From assembly GCA_039683575.1 (NCBI GenBank), contig JBDKRC010000063.1, positions 1 to 47,959 of the forward strand: DNA of 47,959 nt, read 5' to 3'. How positions within the stretch are numbered: position 1 is the first letter of the stretch; each line of letters starts with the position of its first letter. The translations under genes were made by a program, and so were the position numbers. Below, piece after piece: positions 27,923 to 35,966 of the stretch. This DNA comes from Armatimonadia bacterium. GTDB lineage: Bacteria > Armatimonadota > Zipacnadia > Zipacnadales > UBA11051. The notes under the pieces were generated by a model. That model was given only the letters and a program-made list of their open reading frames with translations. It was not told where the DNA came from and did not search any database.

Positions 27923-29980
27923 CTACTGCACGTCCAGCCCCGCCACATAAGCCGCGATCTCAGCCTTCTTCGCCGCCTCCTGCGCCCGCAGCTCCGCAAT
28001 CTGCCCCCTCAGTGCCTCAAACTCCGTCTCCTGCTTCGTCAGCTTCTCCACATACTGCTTATACAGCTCGCTCGCCCGGTCCAACTCTTTCATGTTGGCC
28101 CTGATCCGGCTTTGCTCTTGCTCGATCTCCTTGATTCGCGTCTCCTTCTCCGCCCGTTGCTGCCCCAGCGCCGCCGCCTCGTCTTGCAGCGTCGCCAGCT
28201 TCTGCAGCGCCGCCCGCAGCTTCTCGCTCAGTTCGGTCTGCGCAATCCACAGCCGCGTCTGCGCCACGGACGTCGAGACGAGCGCTATCTCCTGGATCTG
28301 CGGCAGTTCCTCCACCACCGTCAGCTTCGCTGTCTTGCCCGCCTCCACCGGCACGCGGAACCTGTATGCCGACCGGCTTCGCTCGTCCGCTTCCTTGGGC
28401 TCGATCAGCTTCCAGTCCTGCCGCAGGGGATGCTCGATCAGCACCACGCGCTTCTCATCCGCCCCGTTCTTCAGGCTGTAGGTTGTCTCAATCCGCTGCT
28501 TGTACGTCAGTGTCATGAGGCCATTCACGATCTTCGCGGTCAGGAGCTTCTGCGGCTGTGAAGTTGACTGGGGCTCGACCTCCACCGGCAGGTCCATCGC
28601 ATACGTCAGCAGCCGCTGTTCGCCCGGCGCCATGTCCTCGATCAGCGCATCCCCGCCGTACGCCTCGCCGTCAAACACCGTGATCGGTCCGCCCATGAGG
28701 TGCAGCTTCGACGTGTTCTTGAGCATGATGCCATTCATCGGGTGCCGCGCATCTGCCGCCGCGTTGTACACCGACAGCTTTTCGCCCTCCACCCGGTCGC
28801 TGATGATCGGGATCATCGCCGACTGCTGTCGCGGAATGGTCACCGGCTGGGTGATCGCATACTGAAACAGCGTCCCGACCTTCCCGCCCGCCGCCATGGC
28901 GTCTGCGGCTCCCTGCGCCATCCTACGCATGGGGGCCGGCGGGGCTGGGGCCGCCGAGGGCATCGTCATGGCCGCTGGGGCACCGGGCGCGCCAGCCATG
29001 GCACCCCTGCCGCCGAACCCTCCACCTCCCCTCTCACCTTTGGCCATCGGTGCCGCCTCCACCATGTCCTGCGCCTCCGCCTTTCGCTCCATAGCGCCCT
29101 CATACACCCTCGGCCGCGCCGCCGCCGCCACTGTTACCGGCACCTCCGGCCGCGCCAGATACAGCGGCTCATACAGGTCCTGAATGAAGCTAACCGGCCG
29201 CCCCGACACCAGCGACAGGTTCACCCCATTCCAGTCGTCATCCGTCGTATTCTCCACAATCGCCCAGCCCTGCAGCAGGAACCCGTCCTTGTCGCTCACG
29301 AGCCGGTACGTCGTCTTCCACACCGGAGTCTCGAGCAGGTACCCCACCCGCACATCCCGGCTGCCCTGTCCCTGGAAGTCCAGCGTCACAGCCTTCCGGT
29401 CGCTCGCCCGCGCCTTATCAATCGCCTCCAGAGCCTTCTGGAGGTCGCTTTCCAGCTTCGGGTCCAGGATCTTGATGGACCGCACCTCGGATACCGCAAA
29501 CTGTACCAGCCCCTTGTCGGTCAGCAGGTTCAAGAACGCCACCCGCTGCACCTCATCGTCCACCTTCTTGTCCTGCCATTCCGTCCCAAACGCCGTCCCC
29601 TCCACCGTCTGGGCCGTGGTTACCCGCACCTTCGCCCCCTTGAGCCGCTCCCAGAGCTGCATCAGGGACGGATTGTCGGAGATGTCGAGCGCAAATGAGC
29701 CCAGCGTCCGCGCCAGCGGGTCCTGTGGCGCATAGGTTACCGGCGCGATCTTTCCGCCGCCGAAGTCCTGTAGCACCAGGGACTTCAGAATGTCGTTCAC
29801 CTGCGCCGTCCGGAAGGTCATCTCAACCGTAGCATTTCCCTCCACCTTTCCCTCGCGCTCAAAGTACCCCACGCCGCTCGAGAAGAGCTGCACGCGCGTC
29901 AACGGCAACTCCGCCGCACTCACCACTCCCGCCAAAACACCCACCAAAGCCACAATCACCATCAACCTGAACGCTTTCAT
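27923..29980 (-). CDS. DUF4139/DUF4140-like secreted protein with a C-terminal coiled coil
   Basis: LP...V.LFSSGVGYF, D.LKSL, PVWKTTYRL, VENTT.DDW.GV.LSLVSGRP; start MKAFRL after GAGGAGG. Confidence 0.85.
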   Translation of the reverse strand: MKAFRLMVIVALVGVLAGVVSAAELPLTRVQLFSSGVGYFEREGKVEGNATVEMTFRTAQVNDILKSLVLQDFGGGKIAPVTYAPQDPLARTLGSFALDISDNPSLMQLWERLKGAKVRVTTAQTVEGTAFGTEWQDKKVDDEVQRVAFLNLLTDKGLVQFAVSEVRSIKILDPKLESDLQKALEAIDKARASDRKAVTLDFQGQGSRDVRVGYLLETPVWKTTYRLVSDKDGFLLQGWAIVENTTDDDWNGVNLSLVSGRPVSFIQDLYEPLYLARPEVPVTVAAAARPRVYEGAMERKAEAQDMVEAAPMAKGERGGGGFGGRGAMAGAPGAPAAMTMPSAAPAPPAPMRRMAQGAADAMAAGGKVGTLFQYAITQPVTIPRQQSAMIPIISDRVEGEKLSVYNAAADARHPMNGIMLKNTSKLHLMGGPITVFDGEAYGGDALIEDMAPGEQRLLTYAMDLPVEVEPQSTSQPQKLLTAKIVNGLMTLTYKQRIETTYSLKNGADEKRVVLIEHPLRQDWKLIEPKEADERSRSAYRFRVPVEAGKTAKLTVVEELPQIQEIALVSTSVAQTRLWIAQTELSEKLRAALQKLATLQDEAAALGQQRAEKETRIKEIEQEQSRIRANMKELDRASELYKQYVEKLTKQETEFEALRGQIAELRAQEAAKKAEIAAYVAGLDVQ

Positions 29981-30054
29981 CTGGCGCCTCCTCAAAGCAG
30001 TCTCTACACTCTCAGCCTTCTTCATCATCTCCCCCCAAACCTGCCCAAAAACAA

Positions 30055-30087
30055 AGAGCCGGATGGTCGCAATGACCATCCGGCTCT
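30055..30087 (-). terminator. Intrinsic terminator of the transaldolase gene
   Basis: AGAGCCGGATGGTC-GCAAT-GACCATCCGGCTCT hairpin with a T-rich tail on the minus strand. Confidence 0.85.
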
Positions 30088-30093
30088 GTCTCT

Positions 30094-30128
30094 CAACTGA
30101 CTACTGCTAGCTGACTACTGTCAACTGA
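30094..30128. repeat. Five-unit 7-nt-period CTG array
   Basis: CAACTGA CTACTGC TAGCTGA CTACTGT CAACTGA. Confidence 0.85.
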
Positions 30129-30130
30129 CC

Positions 30131-30787
30131 TTACCCCATCATCTCCTGGTACTTCGCCCAGTCCTTCAAGAACCCGTCCAGGCCCTTGTCCCGCAGCGGG
30201 TGGTTGAACAGCTTGTCCATCACGTTGAAGGGCACGGTCGCGATATCGGCGCCCAGCATCGCTGACTCGATCACATGCGCCGGCGTCCGCACGCTCGCCA
30301 CGATGATCTCGGTCTCGAACAGGTAGTTCTGCATCATCGGCACGAGCTGGCGGACCAGTTCCATGCCGTCCTGGCCGATGTCGTCAATCCGCCCGACGAA
30401 GGGGGAGATGTAAGCCGCGCCGGCCTTGGCCGCGATGAGCCCGGCCGGGGCCGAGAAGATCAGCGTGCAGTTGATCTTGACGCCCTCTTGGGAGAGCACG
30501 TGGACAGCCTTCATGCCTTCCTTGAGGAACGGGATCTTCACGACGACATTGTCGGCCCACTTGACGAGGTCGCGGGCCTCTCTGATCATGCCCTCGGCAT
30601 CCACCGATACGACTTCAGCGCTCACCGGGCGGCCTTCGACGGCGTCACAGATCTCCTTGATCCGCGTCTCGAAGTCCACGCCTTCCTTGCCCACCAGCGT
30701 CGGGTTCGTCGTCACGCCGTCGCAAATGCCCCACGACATGACTTCCTTGATCTGCTCCAGATTGGCGGTATCCACGAAAAACTTCAT
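30131..30787 (-). CDS. tal: Transaldolase / fructose-6-phosphate aldolase (TalC/MipB type)
   Basis: [43 protein letters not shown]. Confidence 0.96.
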   Translation of the reverse strand: MKFFVDTANLEQIKEVMSWGICDGVTTNPTLVGKEGVDFETRIKEICDAVEGRPVSAEVVSVDAEGMIREARDLVKWADNVVVKIPFLKEGMKAVHVLSQEGVKINCTLIFSAPAGLIAAKAGAAYISPFVGRIDDIGQDGMELVRQLVPMMQNYLFETEIIVASVRTPAHVIESAMLGADIATVPFNVMDKLFNHPLRDKGLDGFLKDWAKYQEMMG

Positions 30788-30853
30788 TGTGCTTCCCCTT
30801 ATCTCTTGTCGCTATTGCGTACTTTCCAAAACCAACCGCGAATTGCTTGTCTC

Positions 30854-30926
30854 CGCGTAGTGCGGGCGTCTCGCCCGCTGTCTTACCTTCTCACCCATGT
30901 ACGCCCGACATTCCTGTCGGGCTCTC
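30854..30926 (+). repeat. Two REP-like hairpins (GTAGTGCGGGCG... and CATGTACGCCCGACATTCCTGTCGGGC)
   Basis: The second hairpin recurs identically at about 32413-32443. Confidence 0.88.
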
Positions 30927-30940
30927 GCCGTCTCCGCCGG

Positions 30941-31996
30941 TCAATCCAACTCCGGCAATGGGTCATCCCACCGCCGCCGAAACGCCCTTATCTCCCCCTG
31001 GTCCACCAGAGCAAAGCTCCCGCCGTCGCGGCCCCACGACCCGCAGTTCGCATAGGTAAGCGTCGTTCCATCCGCTTCCCAGGCATAGCGGTCCACGTGG
31101 TGTACGTGCCCCATGATCAGGCCTCTGACCTGTGGCCCAAGCCGGTCGCGTACCTCTCGCATGCGGCACTTCGCCGCGCGCCGCCACGGCAGCGTTGAGT
31201 AATACCGCGCCCCCACCAACATGAACAACTCCAGCGCCTCGGGGGCAAGCTCCCCCTTGCCCTGCAGGTCCTTCACGGTCAGTCCCAACCGCTCGAGCAG
31301 GGCCATGATCTCCGCGTGTTTGAAGGGCAGGTCCTCATTGTCGGCCACGTCCCGGAACTCGTCGTCCAGGTGCTGGCTCATCACCGTCAGGCCCAGCCGC
31401 TTCTCATCATCCGTGAAACCCGTGTCCATCGCCCGCCACTGCAACGCCTCGTAGAGCGTCTCATGGACAAACGCCGTGGCCGGGGTAGAGGAGGGTAGCG
31501 GCTGGCATGGCCGCATGAAGTGCGCCATCGCCTGTGCGGGCGGAACCTCCGCCACCCTGGTCGTCCGGTGCTGCAGAAACGCCCACAGCCACGCGTCCAT
31601 CAGGTGACCGTGCTCAAGCCAGACATCAATGCCACCGCACCGGATGTCTACCCCCGGGTACACCAGTTCCAGGGGCGGATGTGACATCGCCACATCCAGG
31701 CCCATCAGCCCCGCATCGTGGTTGCCGACAATGTAATACACCTTGATGCCGGACTGCATGATGGCCCAGAGGTGCATCGTGATCTCGCGAAATCGTGGCA
31801 GGATCGGGGAATGGTCAAGCTGTGGCACGTCCAGCAGGTCCCCCACCACCGCAAAATGCTGGCACCCACTGTCGTCCCGAATCCACTTGAGGAATTCGAG
31901 AAATGCCTGCTTCTTGGCCTCGAAGGTCTCGGGACTCTGATCGCGCCAGGTGTCCAGATGCACATCGGATATGGCGATCAGTCTGCCCTCTTGCAC
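30941..31996 (-). CDS. Calcineurin-like metallophosphoesterase (LpxH-like motif set) with a large helical insertion
   Basis: SDVH, GDLLD, GNHD, EHGH, GHVH, N.GSW. Confidence 0.85.
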   Translation of the reverse strand: MQEGRLIAISDVHLDTWRDQSPETFEAKKQAFLEFLKWIRDDSGCQHFAVVGDLLDVPQLDHSPILPRFREITMHLWAIMQSGIKVYYIVGNHDAGLMGLDVAMSHPPLELVYPGVDIRCGGIDVWLEHGHLMDAWLWAFLQHRTTRVAEVPPAQAMAHFMRPCQPLPSSTPATAFVHETLYEALQWRAMDTGFTDDEKRLGLTVMSQHLDDEFRDVADNEDLPFKHAEIMALLERLGLTVKDLQGKGELAPEALELFMLVGARYYSTLPWRRAAKCRMREVRDRLGPQVRGLIMGHVHHVDRYAWEADGTTLTYANCGSWGRDGGSFALVDQGEIRAFRRRWDDPLPELD

Positions 31997-32086
31997 TGCT
32001 GCCTCACCTGATTACAGAGCGCGTGCGTCAGCACACGCAGATGATGCACTCGTCGGGGCAAAACCACCACCCGCGCAACCGCCTGT

Positions 32087-32109
32087 GTAGGGCGGACCAC
32101 GGTCCGCCC
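32087..32109 (+). repeat. GTAG-type REP hairpin
   Basis: GTAGGGCGGACCACGGTCCGCCC. Confidence 0.8.
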
Positions 32110-32137
32110 GAGCCTTATCTCTATAGCTTCCCCGCCG

Positions 32138-32380
32138 CTACTCCACTGCCTCTACGCCCGCGACCTCTGGGATCTGCTCCTTGAGCGTCCGCTCGATCAC
32201 CAGCGCCAGGGTCATCTGCGACATCGGGCACCCACGGCAGTGTCCCTGCAGCCGAAGCTGCACCTGCTTCTCGGGGGTAACATCCACAAGCTCAACGTCG
32301 CCGCCATCGGCCTGCAGCGCCGGCCGGATCGTGTCGAGTACTTCCTGAACTTTCGCCTTCATGTCCTCCATCCAGGTCAC
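32138..32380 (-). CDS. NifU/Nfu-like Fe-S cluster carrier
   Basis: IRPALQADGGDVELV...L.G.C.GCPMS..TL; start may be 32371. Confidence 0.95.
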   Translation of the reverse strand: MTWMEDMKAKVQEVLDTIRPALQADGGDVELVDVTPEKQVQLRLQGHCRGCPMSQMTLALVIERTLKEQIPEVAGVEAVE

Positions 32381-32470
32381 CCTTTCCTTATCTCAGAATG
32401 TGCGTAATAGATCATGTACGCCCGACATTCCTGTCGGGCTCTCTTTAGACGCCCCCGGACCCCCGGCGCC

Positions 32471-33430
32471 TCACGACTTCCAGTAATCCGGGTCCCTCTC
32501 CGCCAGGAAACCTAACGTGCACTCGAAGTCTCTGACCCCGGCCGTCGTTCCGATGCCGGTGGTGCAGAGCCCGCCGACAGCGTTCGCGAACTTCGTCGTC
32601 CGTTCCAGGTCCCAGCCTTCCAGCATCCCCCGCAAGAAGCCTGCCACGAACGCATCGCCTGCGCCGGTGCCGTCCAGCACTTCCATCTTGTATGCCGGCA
32701 CGCGCAATTCCTGCTCAGCCGTCCGCACGTAACTGCCGGCCTCGCCCATCTTCAGCGCGACGGTCTTGATGCCGCATGCGAGCAGCTTCTCGGCGATTGC
32801 CTCTGGCTTGGTCTCGCCGGTCAGTTTCTGCGCCTCGCCGATGGAGGGCAGGAAGACATCCGTATACTTCAAACACGGTGCCAGCTTGTCCATCCAGCCG
32901 CTCTTGTCATTGTATACAGTATCCAGAGCCGTGGTCACGCCCGCCTCCTGCGCCCGCCGCAGACACTCGGCCATCGGCTTCCCGTCAAAATCCCCCATGA
33001 CCAGCGCCCCGGCGCAGTGAAAGATCTTAGCACCGGTGAGGACGTCAAAATCGATGTCGCTGAGCTTCAGCCGGCCGTTCGCGCCCGGGTAGTGCAGGAA
33101 AGTCCGCTCGCCCTGCGAGTCGATCATGACCATCGTCGCCGAAGTTCCCGGCCGGTCATCGACCACCAGCCCGCTGATATCGGCCCCTGCCGACACGAGT
33201 GTTTCGCTGACAAAGCGCCCAAAACCGTCGTCGCCGACCTTGCCAATGATCGACGTATCCACCCCTAACCTGATCAAACACAACCCCGTGTTCGCCGCAC
33301 ACCCGCCAAGCCCGATCCCCATATCGTCCACGGTTGAGAGCCGCCCCCGCTCCGGCCACTCATCCACCGGCTTACCATATACATCGGCGACAAGGATGCC
33401 AAGACACACAACTTCAGGCACGGCGGTCAC
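32471..33430 (-). CDS. PfkB-family carbohydrate kinase
   Basis: GGCAAN, GKVGDDGFG, DGTGAGDAFVAGF signature. Confidence 0.95.
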   Translation of the reverse strand: MTAVPEVVCLGILVADVYGKPVDEWPERGRLSTVDDMGIGLGGCAANTGLCLIRLGVDTSIIGKVGDDGFGRFVSETLVSAGADISGLVVDDRPGTSATMVMIDSQGERTFLHYPGANGRLKLSDIDFDVLTGAKIFHCAGALVMGDFDGKPMAECLRRAQEAGVTTALDTVYNDKSGWMDKLAPCLKYTDVFLPSIGEAQKLTGETKPEAIAEKLLACGIKTVALKMGEAGSYVRTAEQELRVPAYKMEVLDGTGAGDAFVAGFLRGMLEGWDLERTTKFANAVGGLCTTGIGTTAGVRDFECTLGFLAERDPDYWKS

Positions 33431-33679
33431 TCCCCAAACTTACTGGCTGATATATGACTTGACGGTACAATACATGTTTTTGAGGGGGTTGCCAACCCCT
33501 TCTTCCACCTGTGGCATGACAGGAGGGCAGAGCCCTCAGCGGGCCCCTCCTGCCGTTGTCTCCCGTGGAGGGGCCGAGCTTCAGCCGGCCCAGTAGTTAC
33601 GCCCTGACCCGCTATTGCTCCGGGCCGTCCGCCGTTTCTGCCCCCTGGAACCTGTCCCCTGATCCGTGCCTTTTTCCGC

Positions 33680-33708
33680 TTGCCATGCCCGGGTCTATAT
33701 GCTATCAT
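33680..33708 (+). promoter_or_regulatory. Sigma-70 promoter of the tRNA cluster
   Basis: TTGCCA-N17-TATCAT with an extended TG, 12 nt upstream of tRNA-Ser. Confidence 0.75.
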
Positions 33709-33720
33709 TGTTGCCTCTGG

Positions 33721-33813
33721 GGAGAGGTGGCCGAGTGGTCGAAGGCGACCGCCTGCTAAGCGGTTACAGGGCTTATACCTCTGTCGCGGGTTCGAATCCC
33801 GCCCTCTCCGCCA
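33721..33813 (+). tRNA. tRNA-Ser(GCT)
   Basis: GGAGAGG/CCTCTCC acceptor stem; ACCGC-CTGCTAA-GCGGT; long variable arm; TTCGAATC; CCA. Confidence 0.97.
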
Positions 33814-33881
33814 GCTTCAGGCCACCCGATCAGGCCCCAGTCGTTTCTGAATCCTGATCCCTGTACCATGATATTCGTCTT

Positions 33882-33958
33882 GCGCCCGTAGCTCAGTGGA
33901 TTAGAGCACCGGCCTCCGGAGCCGGGTGTCGGCCGTTCGAATCGGCCCGGGCGTACCA
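33882..33958 (+). tRNA. tRNA-Arg(CCG)
   Basis: CCGGC-CTCCGGA-GCCGG anticodon arm; CCA end. Confidence 0.97.
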
Positions 33959-34041
33959 GTAGTTGATATTTCCGCCAGCCTGTCCGTGGGTCCCGGAGCT
34001 TCCGCACCCGGCAAACCCCAATCAGGCCTGTGGACCAGTGC

Positions 34042-34117
34042 GCGCTCGTAGCTCAGGGGATAGAGCACTTGCCTGCGGAGCAAGGGGTCGGCCGTTCGAA
34101 TCGGCCCGAGCGCGCCA
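34042..34117 (+). tRNA. tRNA-Arg(GCG)
   Basis: GCGCTCG/CGAGCGC acceptor stem; CTTGC-CTGCGGA-GCAAG anticodon arm; CCA. Confidence 0.96.
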
Positions 34118-34327
34118 TATTTTTATCTCGCCGCCGCAGACATGGCCTGGCATGAGATGCCCCTCAGCATATGTGGGAGGGCTCTCCAGAGCCCGCTGTC
34201 ACCGGCAGCATCGCGGCGACAAAGCGTCGCCGCCCCGGATCCGCTTTTCGCCATGTTAGCGCCACACGGGCGCCGCGGAGAGCGGTTTTTTTGACTGTGT
34301 GGCCGGGGTGCTCTGGCCGCGGGTTCG

Positions 34328-34548
34328 GTAGGGCGGTCCGGCTGTAGGGCGGGCTGTAGGGCGGGCTGTAGGGCGGGCTGTAGGGCGGGCTGTAGGGCGG
34401 GCTGTAGGGCGGGCTGTAGGGCGGGCTGTAGGGCGGGCTGTAGGGCGGGGGCTTGTACCCCGCCGGCCGTTATCACCGACCACGCCGCGCTCTCACCGGC
34501 GGCCCTGCCGTCATCGCCGACCCCGCGTAGTGCGGGCGTCCCGCCCGC
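34328..34548 (+). repeat. Composite REP element containing nine tandem 12-mers (GGCTGTAGGGCG, 34340-34447)
   Basis: Direct count; ends in the GGGGCTTGTACCCCGCC hairpin plus tail, then a GTAGTGCGGGCG REP at 34524-34548. Confidence 0.95.
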
Positions 34549-34584
34549 TCCCATCGCACATTCACAACCGGCCGGTCGGGTTGC

Positions 34585-34661
34585 GCCCCCGTAGCTCAGC
34601 AGGACAGAGCAGCAACCTCCTAAGTTGAAGGCCGGCCGTTCGAATCGGCCCGGGGGCGCCA
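34585..34661 (+). tRNA. tRNA-Arg(CCT)
   Basis: GCCCCCG/CGGGGGC acceptor stem; CAAC-CTCCTAA-GTTG; CCA. Confidence 0.96.
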
Positions 34662-34739
34662 AACTCAGTTACCATTTGACAGCGAACAGTTGTCAGTTGG
34701 CGGTCGTCTCACTTGGCGGCCCGCGTACCATGACAGGAC

Positions 34740-34832
34740 GGAGGGGTGGCAGAGCTCGGTTTATCGCGCACGACTCGAAATCGTGTAGTGGGTAACTCCC
34801 ACTCGGGGGTTCGAATCCCCCCCCCTCCGCCA
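34740..34832 (+). tRNA. tRNA-Ser(CGA)
   Basis: CACGA-CTCGAAA-TCGTG; long variable arm; CCA. Confidence 0.96.
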
Positions 34833-34837
34833 TCGAA

Positions 34838-34872
34838 CAGTTTCCAGTTGTCAGTAGTCAGTCTTCAGCAGC
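34838..34872. repeat. Five-unit 7-nt-period CAG array
   Basis: CAGTTTC CAGTTGT CAGTAGT CAGTCTT CAGCAGC. Confidence 0.85.
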
Positions 34873-34914
34873 GGCGAACCGCGCCGCCTCACGTGCACTT
34901 TGGCAAAACAGAGC

Positions 34915-35003
34915 GGAGAGATGACCGAGCGGCCGAAGGTGCGCGTCTGGAAAGCGCGTGTACCCAAAAGGTACCGTGGGTTCGAATCCCACTCTCTCCG
35001 CCA
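34915..35003 (+). tRNA. tRNA-Ser(GGA)
   Basis: CGCGT-CTGGAAA-GCGCG; long variable arm; CCA. Confidence 0.96.
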
Positions 35004-35006
35004 TCT

Positions 35007-35041
35007 ATCAGGTATCAGATGTCAGGCTCCAGGGATCAGAT
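35007..35041. repeat. Five-unit CAG heptamer array upstream of the four-helix-bundle gene
   Basis: ATCAGGT ATCAGAT GTCAGGC TCCAGGG ATCAGAT. Confidence 0.88.
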
Positions 35042-35062
35042 TCTGAGAAAGGCGGGGGAACC

Positions 35063-35434
35063 GTGGCTTCATTCGAGGAGTTGCTGGTCTGGCAGAAGGC
35101 TCATGCCCTGGTATTGCAGATCTACCCGTTGTGCAGCGGCCTGCCCTCACACGAGAAGTACGCCCTGGCCGACCAGCTTCGCCGTGCTGCCACCTCGGTT
35201 CCGACCAACATAGCAGAAGGCTACGGTACCGGCATGGACGGTCTTTTCCTGCGTCACATAGCCATAGCGCAGGGCTCTTTGGCCGAGACCCGCTACCTGC
35301 TTCTCCTATGTCGTGACTTGAGCTACGTTGGCATTGATGATTACGAGGCCGTTTCGGCCCTATCCGGCGAAGTCTCCCGCCTCCTAAGCAAATTCCGCCA
35401 GGCCATCCAAACCCGCCTCAACAACCGCTCCTGA
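35063..35434 (+). CDS. Four-helix-bundle protein (TIGR02436 / 23S-rRNA-IVS-protein family, Avd-like)
   Basis: F..L.VWQKA..L...IY......P..EKY.L.DQLRRAA.SVP.NIAEG......F...IA.GSL.E signature; GTG start after GGGGG. Confidence 0.95.
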   Translation: MASFEELLVWQKAHALVLQIYPLCSGLPSHEKYALADQLRRAATSVPTNIAEGYGTGMDGLFLRHIAIAQGSLAETRYLLLLCRDLSYVGIDDYEAVSALSGEVSRLLSKFRQAIQTRLNNRS

Positions 35435-35527
35435 GCTTTAGCCTTTGCCTTTGGCCTCTGCCGTCTCCGGACCCGCCGTTGCCTTTCGCCGTTTCTGACC
35501 CCTGATCCCTGAACCCTGACTCCTGCC
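35435..35527. repeat. Hexamer-period GCCNYT tract followed by a five-unit CTG heptamer array (35493-35527)
   Basis: GCCTTT GCCTTT ... GCCTCT GCCGTC ... GCCGTT GCCTTT; TTCTGAC CCCTGAT CCCTGAA CCCTGAC TCCTGCC. Confidence 0.85.
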
Positions 35528-35805
35528 TCACCGCTGTGCTAACCGGGGAACTGGCGGTTCCCTGTACTCACAATCCGCCTTAGTGAGGGCTAATCCCCCG
35601 CCCCCGGCCTCGTCATGTAGGGTCTGACCCCAGCGGGCAGCGTTGAAGGTTGGGTCCCGCGCAAGGCAATCTTGGTGAACCCCGCCAGGTCCGAGAGGAA
35701 GCAACGGTAACTGAGTAATTGTCTGTGCCGCGGATCACCTGACCCGAGCCAGCCACCGGGGTAACGCCTGGATGGCGTTGTCAAAGGTAGGGTGCACAGT
35801 GGTGA
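35528..35805 (+). ncRNA. ffs: Large (Alu-domain-containing) bacterial SRP RNA
   Basis: Helix 8 GAACCCCGCCAGGTCC-GAGA-GGAAGCAACGG; 5' TCACCGCTGTGC pairs with 3' GCACAGTGGTGA; Alu CCCTGTACTCACAATCCGC; lies upstream of dnaX. Confidence 0.93.
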
Positions 35806-35966
35806 ATCAGGGGTCAGGTTTCAGGGGTCAGGTTTCAGAAAGGACCCAGACGCACTCCTCCACGCTTTTCCCCATCTGGAAGGAATACTTCCTCAATACG
35901 TCGAACCGCACTGGGACAGATCCGAATCTGGACCTGATCCCTGACACCTGAGCCCTGAAACCTGCT
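35806..35966. repeat. Inverted pair of five-unit heptamer arrays (CAG 35806-35840; CTG 35932-35966) enclosing a putative promoter
   Basis: ATCAGGG GTCAGGT TTCAGGG GTCAGGT TTCAGAA ... ACCTGAT CCCTGAC ACCTGAG CCCTGAA ACCTGCT-ATG. Confidence 0.9.
35879..35906 (+). promoter_or_regulatory. Sigma-H-like promoter upstream of dnaX
   Basis: GAAGGAATA-N12-GTCGAAC. Confidence 0.65.

Noticed and set aside
34123-34662. 179-aa ORF with QPAL repeats
   Set aside because: Antisense to tRNA-Arg(CCT) and the 12-mer repeat; no coding features
33721-35003. tRNA-anchored integrative element
   Set aside because: No integrase and no duplicated tRNA 3' end noticed in the window
35063-35434. Diversity-generating retroelement or 23S rRNA intervening sequence
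   Set aside because: No reverse transcriptase, template/variable repeat pair or rRNA in the window
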